Shown: positions 1 to 8,455, counted from the first letter of the stretch. The stretch is DNA of 20,012 nt from Planctomycetaceae bacterium (GCA_040881995.1 JBBECD010000164.1:1-20012), one strand, 5' to 3'. The notes: a model not told the origin generated them from the sequence alone. Program-made: numbers and translations.

Positions 1-5
1 GCGGC

Positions 6-50
6 CACCCTCTCCCCGATGTCTTTCTTACGAAAGACGGGGAGAGGGTG
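6..50. other. Long, nearly perfect hairpin (about 19 bp stem with a small bulge, nested GTCTTTC-ttac-GAAAGAC)
   Basis: caccctctcccc...ggggagagggtg read directly. Downstream of the oxidoreductase gene on the minus strand. Possible 3' end or terminator structure. Confidence 0.5.
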
Positions 51-86
51 AAAAGGCGCAACTTAAAAACTTGCGCTTCGGGCTAA

Positions 87-1424
87 TTATACTTCTGGCA
101 ACACCCACGGCTTGCGCCACTCCGGCCGCCCGCGCAATGCGTTCGCTTCTTCATCGCCGATGAACATCTCGCTGTCGATGTCGAGCTTCAACTGACGGCC
201 GAGGCGTGCCGAGATGTTTCCGGCGTGGCATAACACCGAGGCGGGATGGCCCACGGTTTCGAGGTCGCAGTAGGGTTTTTGCCGCGATTTAATGCAGTCG
301 ATGAAGTTCTGCACGTGCGGTGCTTCGTGGCTGTCCCCCTGCCCTTCGCCGATGAGTTCGCCTCCTTTGGCGAAAGCCCGCCAGCGGCTGTTGCCGACGA
401 TGATGTAACCCTTATCGCCATAGAGAGCCGAGCCTTCGCTCTCCTCATGAAAATTGTACGGAGCCCAGATGCGCATTTCGTAGGTCAGAATCCGCGGCGG
501 TCTGCCGGGGTATTCGTAGTTGACTTGCAGCGTATCGGGGAATTCCTGGATATCATCGAAGTACCACTTGCCGCCGGTCGCACAAATCGACGAAGGCAGC
601 GTCATCAAGGGATGCCCTTCCTGTTCGAGTGAGGCGTTCAGTAGCGCGAACGCCATGTCGAGGCGATGCACGCCGTCGTTCCCCAAGTCGCCGGTGCCGT
701 AATCGTAGAACCACCGCCAATTGCCGTGGAACCGCATGGGGTTGAACGGCCGCTTGGGAGCCGCGCCCAGCCACATGTCGTAATCGACTTCCTTGGGAGC
801 TTCGCCGTCGGGCGGATTTCCGATCGAACCCTGCCGCGTGCTTTCCCACGCCTTGGCGACGAGGCATTTTCCGAGATGCCCTTCCTTGATGAACGCCAGG
901 GCCGACTGCAACCGCGTCGTCGCGCGGTGCTGCGAACCCATCTGCACGATACTGCCGTGCTTTTTCATCGCCGCGACCATCCGCATCCCTTCGACGATGT
1001 TGTGCGAATCGGGCTTTTCGACGTAAACGTCTTTCCCCGACTGACACGCCAGAATCGTGGGGATCGCATGCCAGTGGTCGGGAGTTCCCGCGACAATGGC
1101 GTCGAGAGACTGGTCGTCGATGAGCTGGCGGAAATCACCCGTCGTCTTCGGCGCTTTGCCTTGCAGCTTAGTGACGAGTTCGACGGCGTTCGGAAGACGC
1201 CGGCTGTCGAGATCGGCGATCCAGACGATTTCGACGTTCGGATTCGCCGCGAACGATTGATTCAAGCTCAGCGCCCGGCCTCCCGCGCCAATCACGCCGA
1301 CGCGAATGTTTTCGCTGGCCCACGCCTTAGCGACCTGGCTGTCGGTGATCAACCCGGAAGCGGTAACCGCTCCCAACCCCACGGCGGCCTCTTTCAAAAA
1401 CGTCCGGCGGTTCAGATCGGCCAT
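87..1424 (-). CDS. Gfo/Idh/MocA-family NAD-binding oxidoreductase (GH109-like), Tat-secreted. ORF extends to 1529, but the start at 1424 is favoured
   Basis: Twin-arginine signal MADLNRRTFLKEAAVGLG...AKAWA. Rossmann motif VGVIGAGGRA. Conserved EKP motif (VYVEKPDSH) of the Gfo/Idh/MocA fold. RBS AAAGGA sits 7 nt upstream of the ATG at 1424. Confidence 0.85.
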   Translation of the reverse strand: MADLNRRTFLKEAAVGLGAVTASGLITDSQVAKAWASENIRVGVIGAGGRALSLNQSFAANPNVEIVWIADLDSRRLPNAVELVTKLQGKAPKTTGDFRQLIDDQSLDAIVAGTPDHWHAIPTILACQSGKDVYVEKPDSHNIVEGMRMVAAMKKHGSIVQMGSQHRATTRLQSALAFIKEGHLGKCLVAKAWESTRQGSIGNPPDGEAPKEVDYDMWLGAAPKRPFNPMRFHGNWRWFYDYGTGDLGNDGVHRLDMAFALLNASLEQEGHPLMTLPSSICATGGKWYFDDIQEFPDTLQVNYEYPGRPPRILTYEMRIWAPYNFHEESEGSALYGDKGYIIVGNSRWRAFAKGGELIGEGQGDSHEAPHVQNFIDCIKSRQKPYCDLETVGHPASVLCHAGNISARLGRQLKLDIDSEMFIGDEEANALRGRPEWRKPWVLPEV

Positions 1425-1470
1425 GATGTGATCCTTTCGTGTTGATAAGGAATTGTTCGCGGTCAAAATT

Positions 1471-1521
1471 CTCGTTCCCATGCTCCGCTTGGGAACGCAA
1501 GGTCTTCGAAGCTCCGCTTCG
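1471..1521. repeat. Dispersed repeat family A, copy 1 (CTCGTTCCCAWGCTCCGCTTGGGAACGCAAGGTCTTCGAAGCTCCGCTTCG)
   Basis: Near-identical ~50-bp copy at 2797..2848. Contains two hairpins (ttcccaNgc/gcttgggaa and cgaagc-tcc-gcttcg). Confidence 0.8.
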
Positions 1522-1535
1522 TCGAGCATGCAGCT

Positions 1536-1576
1536 AGCGCTCCGCTGCGGAAGCCCTTCGCGTCGCGGCTAAACGT
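1536..1576. repeat. Dispersed repeat family B, copy 1 (AGCGCTCCGCTGCGSAARCCYTNCGCGTCGCGGCTAAACG)
   Basis: About 40 bp. Other copies at 5088..5130 and 10792..10836. Shares the GCTCCGCTKCG core with family A. Confidence 0.8.
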
Positions 1577-1707
1577 CGAATCGTAAGTGTCTTCCTCTGG
1601 CCCTGAACCCTGGACTCTTGACCCTCGACTCACGAAGATTGTACCACGCGAGTCGCCGATGCCCAATTCAAAAGGCCGGAACTGCAAAAATCTCCGGACC
1701 GATATTT

Positions 1708-2787
1708 ATGTCCTCCGTCGATCGTTTTTCCGCCGAGCTGATTGTCGAGCGCTATCTCAACGGCGTGCGGATCGACAGTTTTCTCAGCAAGCATCTGCGG
1801 AATTACACCTCGTGGCGGATCGCCCGCATCGTTCGGGCGGGGGGCGTGCGGATCGAAGGGGTGACGATCGAACTCCGCGAGCGCGTCCGTACCGGGCAGC
1901 ACGTCGAGATCGATCTGATCGAGCCGCCCGACAAGCTGCTCAAATCGGTGCCGTTCGATCTGCCGATTATTTACGAAGACCCGTGGCTGATCGTGATCAA
2001 CAAACCCCCCGGCGTGATCGCCCATCCCGCGGGAGAGTTTCAGACGCATTCGCTGGTCAACGCCGTGCAGTCGCACCTCGATGCGCAGACGGCCCGGCCG
2101 GGGTTGCTGCGAGCCGGGATCGTGCATCGGCTCGACCGCTTGACCAGCGGCGTGATCGTGGTCCCCAAAGAACATCTCTCGCATCGCATGTTGTCGATTC
2201 AGTTTCAGCAAAATCGGATTTCGAAAAACTATCTGGCGATTGTCGAGGGGGTCGTGTCCAAGGATCGCCAGACGGTCAACCTGCCGATCGGCCGGGCGCC
2301 GGGCGGGCGCGGCGTGCTGATGTCCGCCAAGCCGGACGCCATTGAAGCCCGGCCGGCCAAGACGATTATCGAAGTCGTCGAACGATTCGCCGAGCACACG
2401 CTGGTGCGGGCGAAACCGCTCTCGGGGCGATTGCATCAGATCCGCGTGCATCTGGCGGAACTCGGTTACCCGGTGGTCGCCGACGATTGCTACGAAGCCT
2501 TCGGCCGGTTGAAACCGGCGCCGGAGCGACGTGAGAAGATTTCAGCGCGGCAGACATCGACGTTGGACGACGTCGATGTCGACGAGGAAGTCGAACCGAT
2601 CGAGATCATCGACGAGGACGATGAGCCGAACGTCGAGATCGCAACGACCGGCGATGCGCTGATGCCGCGTCACGCCCTGCACGCCAGCCAGCTCGGTTTT
2701 CAACATCCGATCTTCAATGAATGGATGACCTTCACCGCCCCCCTGCCGGTGGACATGCAACGGACGCTTGATCGTTTGCGCGGCTGA
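1708..2787 (+). CDS. rluD: RluA/RluD-family 23S rRNA pseudouridine synthase with an N-terminal S4 domain
   Basis: S4-like N-terminus (FLSKHLRNYTSWRIARIVRAGGVRIEGV). Catalytic HRLDRLTSGVIVVPK motif. C-terminal RHALHASQLGFQHP motif. An acidic ~45-aa insertion (DDVDVDEEVEPIEIIDEDDEPNVE) precedes the last motif. ATG at 1708 chosen inside the longer ORF. Confidence 0.85.
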   Translation: MSSVDRFSAELIVERYLNGVRIDSFLSKHLRNYTSWRIARIVRAGGVRIEGVTIELRERVRTGQHVEIDLIEPPDKLLKSVPFDLPIIYEDPWLIVINKPPGVIAHPAGEFQTHSLVNAVQSHLDAQTARPGLLRAGIVHRLDRLTSGVIVVPKEHLSHRMLSIQFQQNRISKNYLAIVEGVVSKDRQTVNLPIGRAPGGRGVLMSAKPDAIEARPAKTIIEVVERFAEHTLVRAKPLSGRLHQIRVHLAELGYPVVADDCYEAFGRLKPAPERREKISARQTSTLDDVDVDEEVEPIEIIDEDDEPNVEIATTGDALMPRHALHASQLGFQHPIFNEWMTFTAPLPVDMQRTLDRLRG

Positions 2788-2796
2788 CAACGATCT

Positions 2797-2848
2797 CGTT
2801 CCCAAGCTCCCGCTTGGGAACGCAAGGTCTTCGAAGCTCCGCTTCGCC
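2797..2848. repeat. Dispersed repeat family A, copy 2
   Basis: Same sequence as 1471..1521 with a 1-nt indel. Sits between the rluD stop and the low-GC islet. Confidence 0.8.
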
Positions 2849-2927
2849 GAGTGTGTGTTGGCTGGCGAATGTGGTTCGGGTATCATTCAGACTCAGGCGT
2901 CAATCCCCTCAGTTTCCAGGATCAAAC

Positions 2928-3461
2928 ATGCGAATCGTCGTTGACATCATCGTGGACGATCTCGTCGCCGTTGCGAATCACTACCGCACAAAATCCACCT
3001 CGATCAATAAAATCAAACGACGCAGTACGCTGGTGATCGGCGGCGCCTTTATGATCGCTTTTGCTCTGCTGGCATACGTATCACATCGCCCCGGTTTTCT
3101 CATCTTCGGCGGCATCATCGCCGTTCTTTTCATGTTGCTCCACTCCTGGCGGTTCAACCGCTCGTTCGCCGCCAATTCCAAGAGTATCTATATGGAGAAG
3201 AACGGAAAAGGAATCCTCGGCATGAAGGAATTGAGAATCGATGAGGCGGGATTATTCAGCCGGAGCAACTATGCCGAAGCGACCTACTACTGGCATGGCA
3301 TCGATGACGTCGATGAGACGGACGACTATTACTTCGTCTCGGTCGGTGCATCGGGAACCATTATCATCCCCAAAGCCCGCATCCTCGAAGGGGACGCCGA
3401 TGCCTTTATGAATGAAGTCGAAAAACGCTGGATCGCTCACACGGCCGAGGTCGAGGCATAA
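2928..3461 (+). CDS. YcxB-like membrane protein (two TM helices plus PH-like C-terminal domain)
   Basis: N-terminal IVVDIIVDDLVAVANHY region. Two hydrophobic helices. C-terminus KNGKGILGMKELRIDEAGL...YYFVSVGASGTIIIPKARILEG, which matches the pattern of B. subtilis YcxB from memory. Paralog of 3949..4476. Confidence 0.7.
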   Translation: MRIVVDIIVDDLVAVANHYRTKSTSINKIKRRSTLVIGGAFMIAFALLAYVSHRPGFLIFGGIIAVLFMLLHSWRFNRSFAANSKSIYMEKNGKGILGMKELRIDEAGLFSRSNYAEATYYWHGIDDVDETDDYYFVSVGASGTIIIPKARILEGDADAFMNEVEKRWIAHTAEVEA

Positions 3462-3703
3462 CAGATTACCGGCTTTGTCTTCCAGTTTCTCCGTATGGTG
3501 TCGCGCCACACAATCAGGTGCCGCGACACCGCATGCGGACGGAAACGCGACTTTTTCGAGCCCGCAAAAAAGGATTTCAGTCTCGCTTGAATTTTTTGTA
3601 CAGATAAATAAGATCGTATCAGTTCGCACGATCATCTCATCGTCCCCGACGGTCGGGGGAACGAACCTTTCAGAACCGACAGTCGGAATGTTATGGAGTC
3701 ATC

Positions 3704-3949
3704 ATGATCGCGGCCCCTTATTATCTTCTCGCAGCGGGTATTTTGCTGATCGTTCTGGGTGTGATTTTCGCGGCGGTAATGCGGCCGACGATCGACAAAA
3801 CTTACATCGACCCGCGGATGAGCGACAAGCAGATTAAGAAACAACTCGAAAACGCCGACGGCAACCCCGCCGCGGCAATTGTGATTTTGCTGGGATTTGT
3901 GCTCTGCGGGGTGAGCGTCATTTGGCGGGTAGTGCGGATATTTGTGTGA
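3704..3949 (+). CDS. Small 81-aa membrane protein with two TM helices, unknown function
   Basis: GGAG RBS 8 nt upstream of the ATG. Two clear hydrophobic helices (LLAAGILLIVLGVIFAAV and AIVILLGFVLCGVSVIW). Its stop overlaps the next gene's ATG (TGATG). Confidence 0.5.
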   Translation: MIAAPYYLLAAGILLIVLGVIFAAVMRPTIDKTYIDPRMSDKQIKKQLENADGNPAAAIVILLGFVLCGVSVIWRVVRIFV

Positions 3950-4476
3950 TGGAGATTGTCAAGCGAATCGTCGTTGACCTTACTCTGAACGATTTCATGG
4001 CCTTTACGCGATTTGAACTTGCAAATTCGTCCACAATCCGCCGCATGAATAATAGAACGCTCACCGCGTTTATTCTGATGTTTGTGGTTCCCATTGTCGC
4101 GATCTTTTGGCTTTTCGAGCAGGATCGGATGACAATCGTTTCGGGGCTGATTCTCGTCCTGATGTGCATGTTTATCTGGCCGAGGCAAGTGAAAAGAGCC
4201 GAAGAAGAAAGAACAAAAGCCTTCTACAGTCAGTTTTGCCGCGATGAGTTAGTCAATAAGTTGGAAATGCAAATTGAAGACTCCGGACTCGTCATCATTA
4301 CGAATGCGAGCATGACGAATTGGAACTGGCACTCGATCAAACGCATCGAAACGACGGACGATCATCATTTTGTGTTTGTTACCGACACTTCCGCCCTCAT
4401 CATCCCTCGCCAGCACGTGGCTGAAGGAAATGTCGACGCATTTGCAGCGGAAATGAAACGACGCCTGTCAGATTGA
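3949..4476 (+). CDS. YcxB-like membrane protein, paralog of 2928..3461
   Basis: Same architecture as 2928..3461. C-terminal HHFVFVTDTSALIIPRQHVAEGNVDAFAAEMKRR aligns with YYFVSVGASGTIIIPKARILEGDADAFMNEVEKR. ATG overlaps the upstream stop by 1 nt. The six-frame ORF begins at a TTG at 3922. Confidence 0.7.
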   Translation: MEIVKRIVVDLTLNDFMAFTRFELANSSTIRRMNNRTLTAFILMFVVPIVAIFWLFEQDRMTIVSGLILVLMCMFIWPRQVKRAEEERTKAFYSQFCRDELVNKLEMQIEDSGLVIITNASMTNWNWHSIKRIETTDDHHFVFVTDTSALIIPRQHVAEGNVDAFAAEMKRRLSD

Positions 4477-4777
4477 CCGACGTTCGGCTTGAGTACGCCG
4501 CGGTTTCGTGTTATCGTTTTTCCTTCCATCACCTCGAATTTCACCGGATCGATCTTGAGCCGATCGGTCTGAGACGCCCTCGCTCACCACATGCCGTCAT
4601 TGATTTTTGACGTGACTTTCCCCCTGCGTCGCCGCATTCGCGGGCCTCCCCTCGTCGTTTCGCGCTCATGCTCCGTCCTACGAAGACGACGCCATTTCAA
4701 TTCCGTATTCCTTGTTCGAAGAATTCAACCCCCGTCGACCATGAGCCACTCGGCGGTGAAACTCATCGGCTCAATCC

Positions 4778-5017
4778 ATGTATCGATGCGAAAAGTGCGG
4801 CGTGCTTGTCCCGCCGCGGACCCCTGCCAACCGACTTGTGATCGAGACGCGAGAGAAACATTACCCATACCGGTCGAAAGCGAACCGGGTGGCCTACATC
4901 GACGAGAAAGGGAAACACAAGATCGATTACGTCGACGATCCCGGCGGGACGGGTTTGGAGATCGTGCAAGAGCTTAACGTCTGTCCGAAATGTGCGCGGG
5001 CGGCGACAATAGCGTGA
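4778..5017 (+). CDS. Small zinc-ribbon protein (CxxC...CxxC, FmdB-like N-terminus MYRCEKCG)
   Basis: Two CxxC pairs (CEKCG and CPKCA). A perfect 13-bp stem-loop terminator starts 11 nt after the stop. No strong RBS. Confidence 0.45.
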   Translation: MYRCEKCGVLVPPRTPANRLVIETREKHYPYRSKANRVAYIDEKGKHKIDYVDDPGGTGLEIVQELNVCPKCARAATIA

Positions 5018-5027
5018 CCGATTTGCT

Positions 5028-5065
5028 GCCACTGCTGACCGCTTTGGTCAGCAGTGGCTTTATGG
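5028..5065 (+). terminator. Rho-independent terminator-like hairpin GCCACTGCTGACC-gcttt-GGTCAGCAGTGGC followed by TTTA
   Basis: Perfect 13-bp inverted repeat read directly in the sequence. Lies between the convergent zinc-ribbon gene and ribBA, so it may act in both directions. Confidence 0.6.
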
Positions 5066-5087
5066 CGAATTCGCGTCGGCACACGAT

Positions 5088-5130
5088 TGAAGCGCTCCGC
5101 TGCGCAAAGCCTGCGCGTCGCGGCTAAACG
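5088..5130. repeat. Dispersed repeat family B, copy 2
   Basis: gaagcgctccgctgcgcaaagcctgcgcgtcgcggctaaacg, just past the ribBA stop. Confidence 0.8.
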
Positions 5131-5144
5131 AAGAAACGGCGCGA

Positions 5145-6419
5145 TCACCGCGTCTCGCTTCCGTTGCCGGGGAGGCGGTGGCCCATTTTGTCGCGTTTGG
5201 TGTTCATGTAGACTTCGCGGGTTTTTTCATGCGGGGCGATGATGGGGACTTGCTCGACGACCGTCAGATCGAATGCGTTTTCGAACGGTTCAGTCTTCTT
5301 CGGGTTGTTCGTCAGCAGGCGGATTTTCTTGAGACCTAAATCCTTGAGAATCTGCAGGCCGATGCCGTAGTCGCGCTGGTCGACGCGAAATCCGAGTTCG
5401 GTGTTGGCATCGACGGTGTCGAGTCCCGCATCTTGCAGTTGATACGACTTGAGTTTCGCAACCAGACCGATGCCGCGGCCTTCCTGCGGCAAGTAGACGA
5501 CCGCTCCCGTGCCGTGCTGGTGGATCATCGCCATCGCCATGTGCAACTGGTCGCCGCAATCGCAGCGGAGCGACCCGAGCAGATCGCCGGTGAAGCACGA
5601 GGAGTGCATGCGGATCAGCGGAGCCTCGACGGACTTCAAATCGCCCCAGACGAGGGCCAGCGGCTCCTGATGTTCGTGTTCGACTTTGTAGGCAACGACG
5701 CGCACGCTGCCGTACTGAGCCGTGGGGATGTCGACTTCGACCGCGCGGTGAATCAGCCGTTCGCGCTGCATGCGGTAACGAATGAGGTCGGTCGTGCTGA
5801 TGATCGGCAGCGAATAGGTCTGCGAGAGTTCGGCGAGCTCGCGGTAATCGGCCATGCCGTCGCCGGTGGCACTGCAGATTTCGATCAGCGCTCCGACCGG
5901 CTTGAGTCCGGCGAGTTTGAGCAGATCGATGGTGGCCTCGGTATGACCGGCCCGGCGCAGAACGCCCCCCTCTTTCGCCGAGAGAGGCATGATGTGTCCC
6001 GGGCGGACGAAATCGATGGCGTGCGCTTCGGGGTCGGCGAGCGATTTGAGCGTCAAAGCTCGCGCGGAGGAGCTGACTCCCGAGCCGGAATTGCGGTGAT
6101 CGACGGGCGTGAGAAAATGCGTGCGGTTGGGGGCGTTGTTGTTTTCGCTGCTGACGATCGGGACGAGACTGAGCCGGTCGGCGATCTCTTTGGTCATCGG
6201 GGCGCACAGCACGCCGCGTCCGTTGCGGAGCATGAAGTGCACCATCTCGGGGGTGATCGATTCGGCGGCGCAGATGAAGTCCCCTTCATTCTCGCGGTCG
6301 GCCTCGTCGACGACGATAATCATTTTGCCTTGTTTAAGGGCTTCGAGTGCCGCGTCGACGGAATGATATGCAATACCCGGCGAGGGATCGGGGGAGGTGA
6401 GCAGCGAGCGTTCGATCAC
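5145..6419 (-). CDS. ribBA: Bifunctional 3,4-dihydroxy-2-butanone-4-phosphate synthase / GTP cyclohydrolase II
   Basis: N-terminal DHBP synthase domain (VVDEADRENEGDFICAAE...HTEATIDLLKLAGL). C-terminal GTP cyclohydrolase II with zinc-binding CFTGDLLGSLRCDCG and LTNNPKK motif. GTG start at 6419. Confidence 0.95.
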   Translation of the reverse strand: MIERSLLTSPDPSPGIAYHSVDAALEALKQGKMIIVVDEADRENEGDFICAAESITPEMVHFMLRNGRGVLCAPMTKEIADRLSLVPIVSSENNNAPNRTHFLTPVDHRNSGSGVSSSARALTLKSLADPEAHAIDFVRPGHIMPLSAKEGGVLRRAGHTEATIDLLKLAGLKPVGALIEICSATGDGMADYRELAELSQTYSLPIISTTDLIRYRMQRERLIHRAVEVDIPTAQYGSVRVVAYKVEHEHQEPLALVWGDLKSVEAPLIRMHSSCFTGDLLGSLRCDCGDQLHMAMAMIHQHGTGAVVYLPQEGRGIGLVAKLKSYQLQDAGLDTVDANTELGFRVDQRDYGIGLQILKDLGLKKIRLLTNNPKKTEPFENAFDLTVVEQVPIIAPHEKTREVYMNTKRDKMGHRLPGNGSETR

Positions 6420-6523
6420 GTTTGGTTCTCTTTTTCACGCAGTTTCGAGAAAGGCAGTTGTCATACCGCTTTCATTGTATGACGAGACGGGGCGTGAAAG
6501 AAGAGCGCGGGAGCGGGAATGGC

Positions 6524-6663
6524 GAATGTCGAAGCTCGAATGTCGAATCAAGTCCGAATGACGAATGACCAAATGTCGAATGGCACGCTAATGTCAACGT
6601 TTCGACATTCGGGCTTTGGACTTCGTCATTGATTCGTCATTCGGATTTCGTCATTCGACATTC
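6524..6663. repeat. Palindromic array: about 4 direct GAATGWCGAA decamers on the left arm, and 4 of the complement TTCGWCATTC on the right arm
   Basis: Read directly: gaatgtcgaa x3 and gaatgacgaa on the left, ttcgacattc/ttcgtcattc x4 on the right, centred near 6590. Spans from the SPFH gene stop to the ribBA leader. Confidence 0.7.
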
Positions 6664-8344
6664 ACCGCGAGACTTTGGGCGCACTCGCCGGCTTCACCGG
6701 CGGGGAATATTCGGACGTCGCTTCGTCCTGCTTCATCTGGCGGCCGAGCATCACGTCGGTGAAGCCTTTGAGGTCGGTCCAGAAGGTTCCCTGGCCGGCG
6801 TAGAGCAGATTGAGCTGGATGTCGTCGGGCAAGCCGGAAGCGAACACCCATTGGTTGTAGGCTTCGCCGCTGCCGAAGGCCTCGACGGCGAGCTGGAACT
6901 TCTGCGATTTGGCTTCCTGCATCAGCTTCTCGGCGTCGGCATCGGCCCGGCCCAACAGCACGACGGCCTGCGCGTCGAGTTCGGCGGTCTCCCTAGCAAT
7001 CGTGGCGACTTTCTTCTGCGTCTCGGCTTTGGTCTGCTCGGCTACCTTTTGCCCCTCGGCGATCGCTTCGGCGACGAGCTTGCCGGTCTCGAGTTCGGTT
7101 CGTTCCGATTCGAGTTCGACCTTCTGTTCTTCCTCGCGCAAAGTCGCCTCGGTTTTCGCGGTCAACTGTTCCTGATCGCGGGTCAACTTAAGTTCGTTGG
7201 CGATGTTCGACAGTTGAATCGGCAGACGCACTTCCCGCGGGATGTACATGTGACGCACGAGTCCGTACAGCAGCGAGAGTTCTTTTTCTTCAAGAACCTT
7301 CTTAAACGATTCGGTCGTTTCGTCCTGAAAACCCTGGCGGGTTTCGCCGACGAGCAGATCGACTGCGCCGACTTTTGAACCCATGTTGCGGCAGATGCTT
7401 TCGATCTGCGGGCCGATGACTTTGGTTTCCACGGCGTCGATGTTGCCGAACTTGCGAATCACTTCGGGGGCCTGTTCGGGCAAGATGCCCCAGATCGCCG
7501 TGAAATCCATGTGAATCTTGAAACCGTCTTTCGACGGGAAGGTGATGCCGCTCTCCTGGTCGGCGAGCATCGGTTCGCCGCTTTCGTCGAAAATCAGATC
7601 GCCGGCCTGATCGGCTTTCAGGTTGACGGTCAGAGAGAGTTCGCGATAGCCGATTTTGACGAGATCGACATGTTGCTCTTTGGGATTGATGGCGTAGAGT
7701 CCGGGAGGGAGCGTCTGATCCTGGATACCGGCTTTGGCCCCGGTCTCTTTATCGCCGGTCAAATTGGTGACGACGCCGATATATCCCGCCGGGATATCGA
7801 CCCAGCCGTTGTGCCGTTTGTCGTAGGTGACAGCGGCATCTTCGGTCGCGACGATCTCAAATTTGTAGGCGTAGTCGTTGATGCGATACCGGCCGGGGCC
7901 GAAGACGCGGCGGACGATGCCCTTGTGCTGCGTCGCGCCGAGATCCCCTTCGACGAGGAATTCTCCTTTCGGCAGGTCGTTCCCCATCTTGCTGCTGGCG
8001 ATGCCGACTTGACCGGGCTTGACTTCGACGTCCTCGATCAGCGTGCATTCCCACCAGAGCGGGTTATAAAAATGCCGCCCTGGGCCGACCATCTGTTCGA
8101 GCACGCCGACCTGGGTCGGTCTGCCCTGTTCGTCGACTTCGGCGAACGTTCCCGGTGTGACGGCCGGCAGACTCCCCGGCAGCCCTGGCAGCGGCGGGCC
8201 TTTGTATCTCAGCCTCATGCTATAGCCGACCGGGACGTAACGGTAGTTGACGGTCCACTGGACCGCTTCCCAACCGGCATACACGCCGGGGACGAGCAGC
8301 AGGACGGCGACGATCAGATAACTGGTCCATTTTTCGCGGAACAT
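6662..8344 (-). CDS. SPFH/band-7 (flotillin/YqiK-like) membrane protein. N-terminal TM, duplicated beta-rich module, SPFH domain and coiled coil
   Basis: N-terminal TM helix (YLIVAVLLLVPGVYAGW). SPFH core FPSKDGFKIHMDFTAIWGILPEQAPEVIRKFG. Long Glu/Ala/Lys-rich coiled coil (EQLTAKTEATLREEEQKVELE...). GAGGA RBS 8 nt upstream. Confidence 0.85.
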   Translation of the reverse strand: MFREKWTSYLIVAVLLLVPGVYAGWEAVQWTVNYRYVPVGYSMRLRYKGPPLPGLPGSLPAVTPGTFAEVDEQGRPTQVGVLEQMVGPGRHFYNPLWWECTLIEDVEVKPGQVGIASSKMGNDLPKGEFLVEGDLGATQHKGIVRRVFGPGRYRINDYAYKFEIVATEDAAVTYDKRHNGWVDIPAGYIGVVTNLTGDKETGAKAGIQDQTLPPGLYAINPKEQHVDLVKIGYRELSLTVNLKADQAGDLIFDESGEPMLADQESGITFPSKDGFKIHMDFTAIWGILPEQAPEVIRKFGNIDAVETKVIGPQIESICRNMGSKVGAVDLLVGETRQGFQDETTESFKKVLEEKELSLLYGLVRHMYIPREVRLPIQLSNIANELKLTRDQEQLTAKTEATLREEEQKVELESERTELETGKLVAEAIAEGQKVAEQTKAETQKKVATIARETAELDAQAVVLLGRADADAEKLMQEAKSQKFQLAVEAFGSGEAYNQWVFASGLPDDIQLNLLYAGQGTFWTDLKGFTDVMLGRQMKQDEATSEYSPPVKPASAPKVSR

Positions 8345-8406
8345 GTTCGTTCCTCACTTTCAAATAACACGCGATCCACCATCAGCCACGACTTACCACG
8401 CACGAC

Positions 8407-8442
8407 TCACTATCCACTGACCACTATCCACTATCCACTTCA
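8407..8442. repeat. Short tandem nonamer repeat CTATCCACT (about 3.5 copies) in the intergenic region between the two SPFH genes
   Basis: cactatccactgaccactatccactatccacttcac read directly. Confidence 0.6.
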
Positions 8443-8455
8443 CGGATCAGGCGTT

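Noticed and set aside
553-1445. ORFs 553..1047 (minus) and 666..1445 (plus) within the oxidoreductase gene
   Set aside because: Overlap the Gfo/Idh/MocA frame, which has a Tat signal and a Rossmann motif. Spurious GC-rich frames.
3252-3837. ORFs 3252..3635 (minus) and 3412..3837 (plus) across the ycxB-like gene and the following intergenic region
   Set aside because: Overlap the YcxB-like CDS or span a structured non-coding region. No RBS or domain features.
5290-6482. Long antisense and alternate-frame ORFs inside ribBA (5290..6207 minus, 5433..6482 plus)
   Set aside because: They fully overlap a strongly conserved ribBA reading frame. The products are Arg/Pro/Ala-rich low-complexity sequences typical of spurious ORFs in GC-rich DNA.
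6420-6523. Expected FMN riboswitch (RFN element) in the ribBA leader
   Set aside because: None of the conserved RFN sequence blocks are recognisable on the minus strand. Only a small hairpin (gtcatac...gtatgac) and an RBS-like AAAGAGAA are present.
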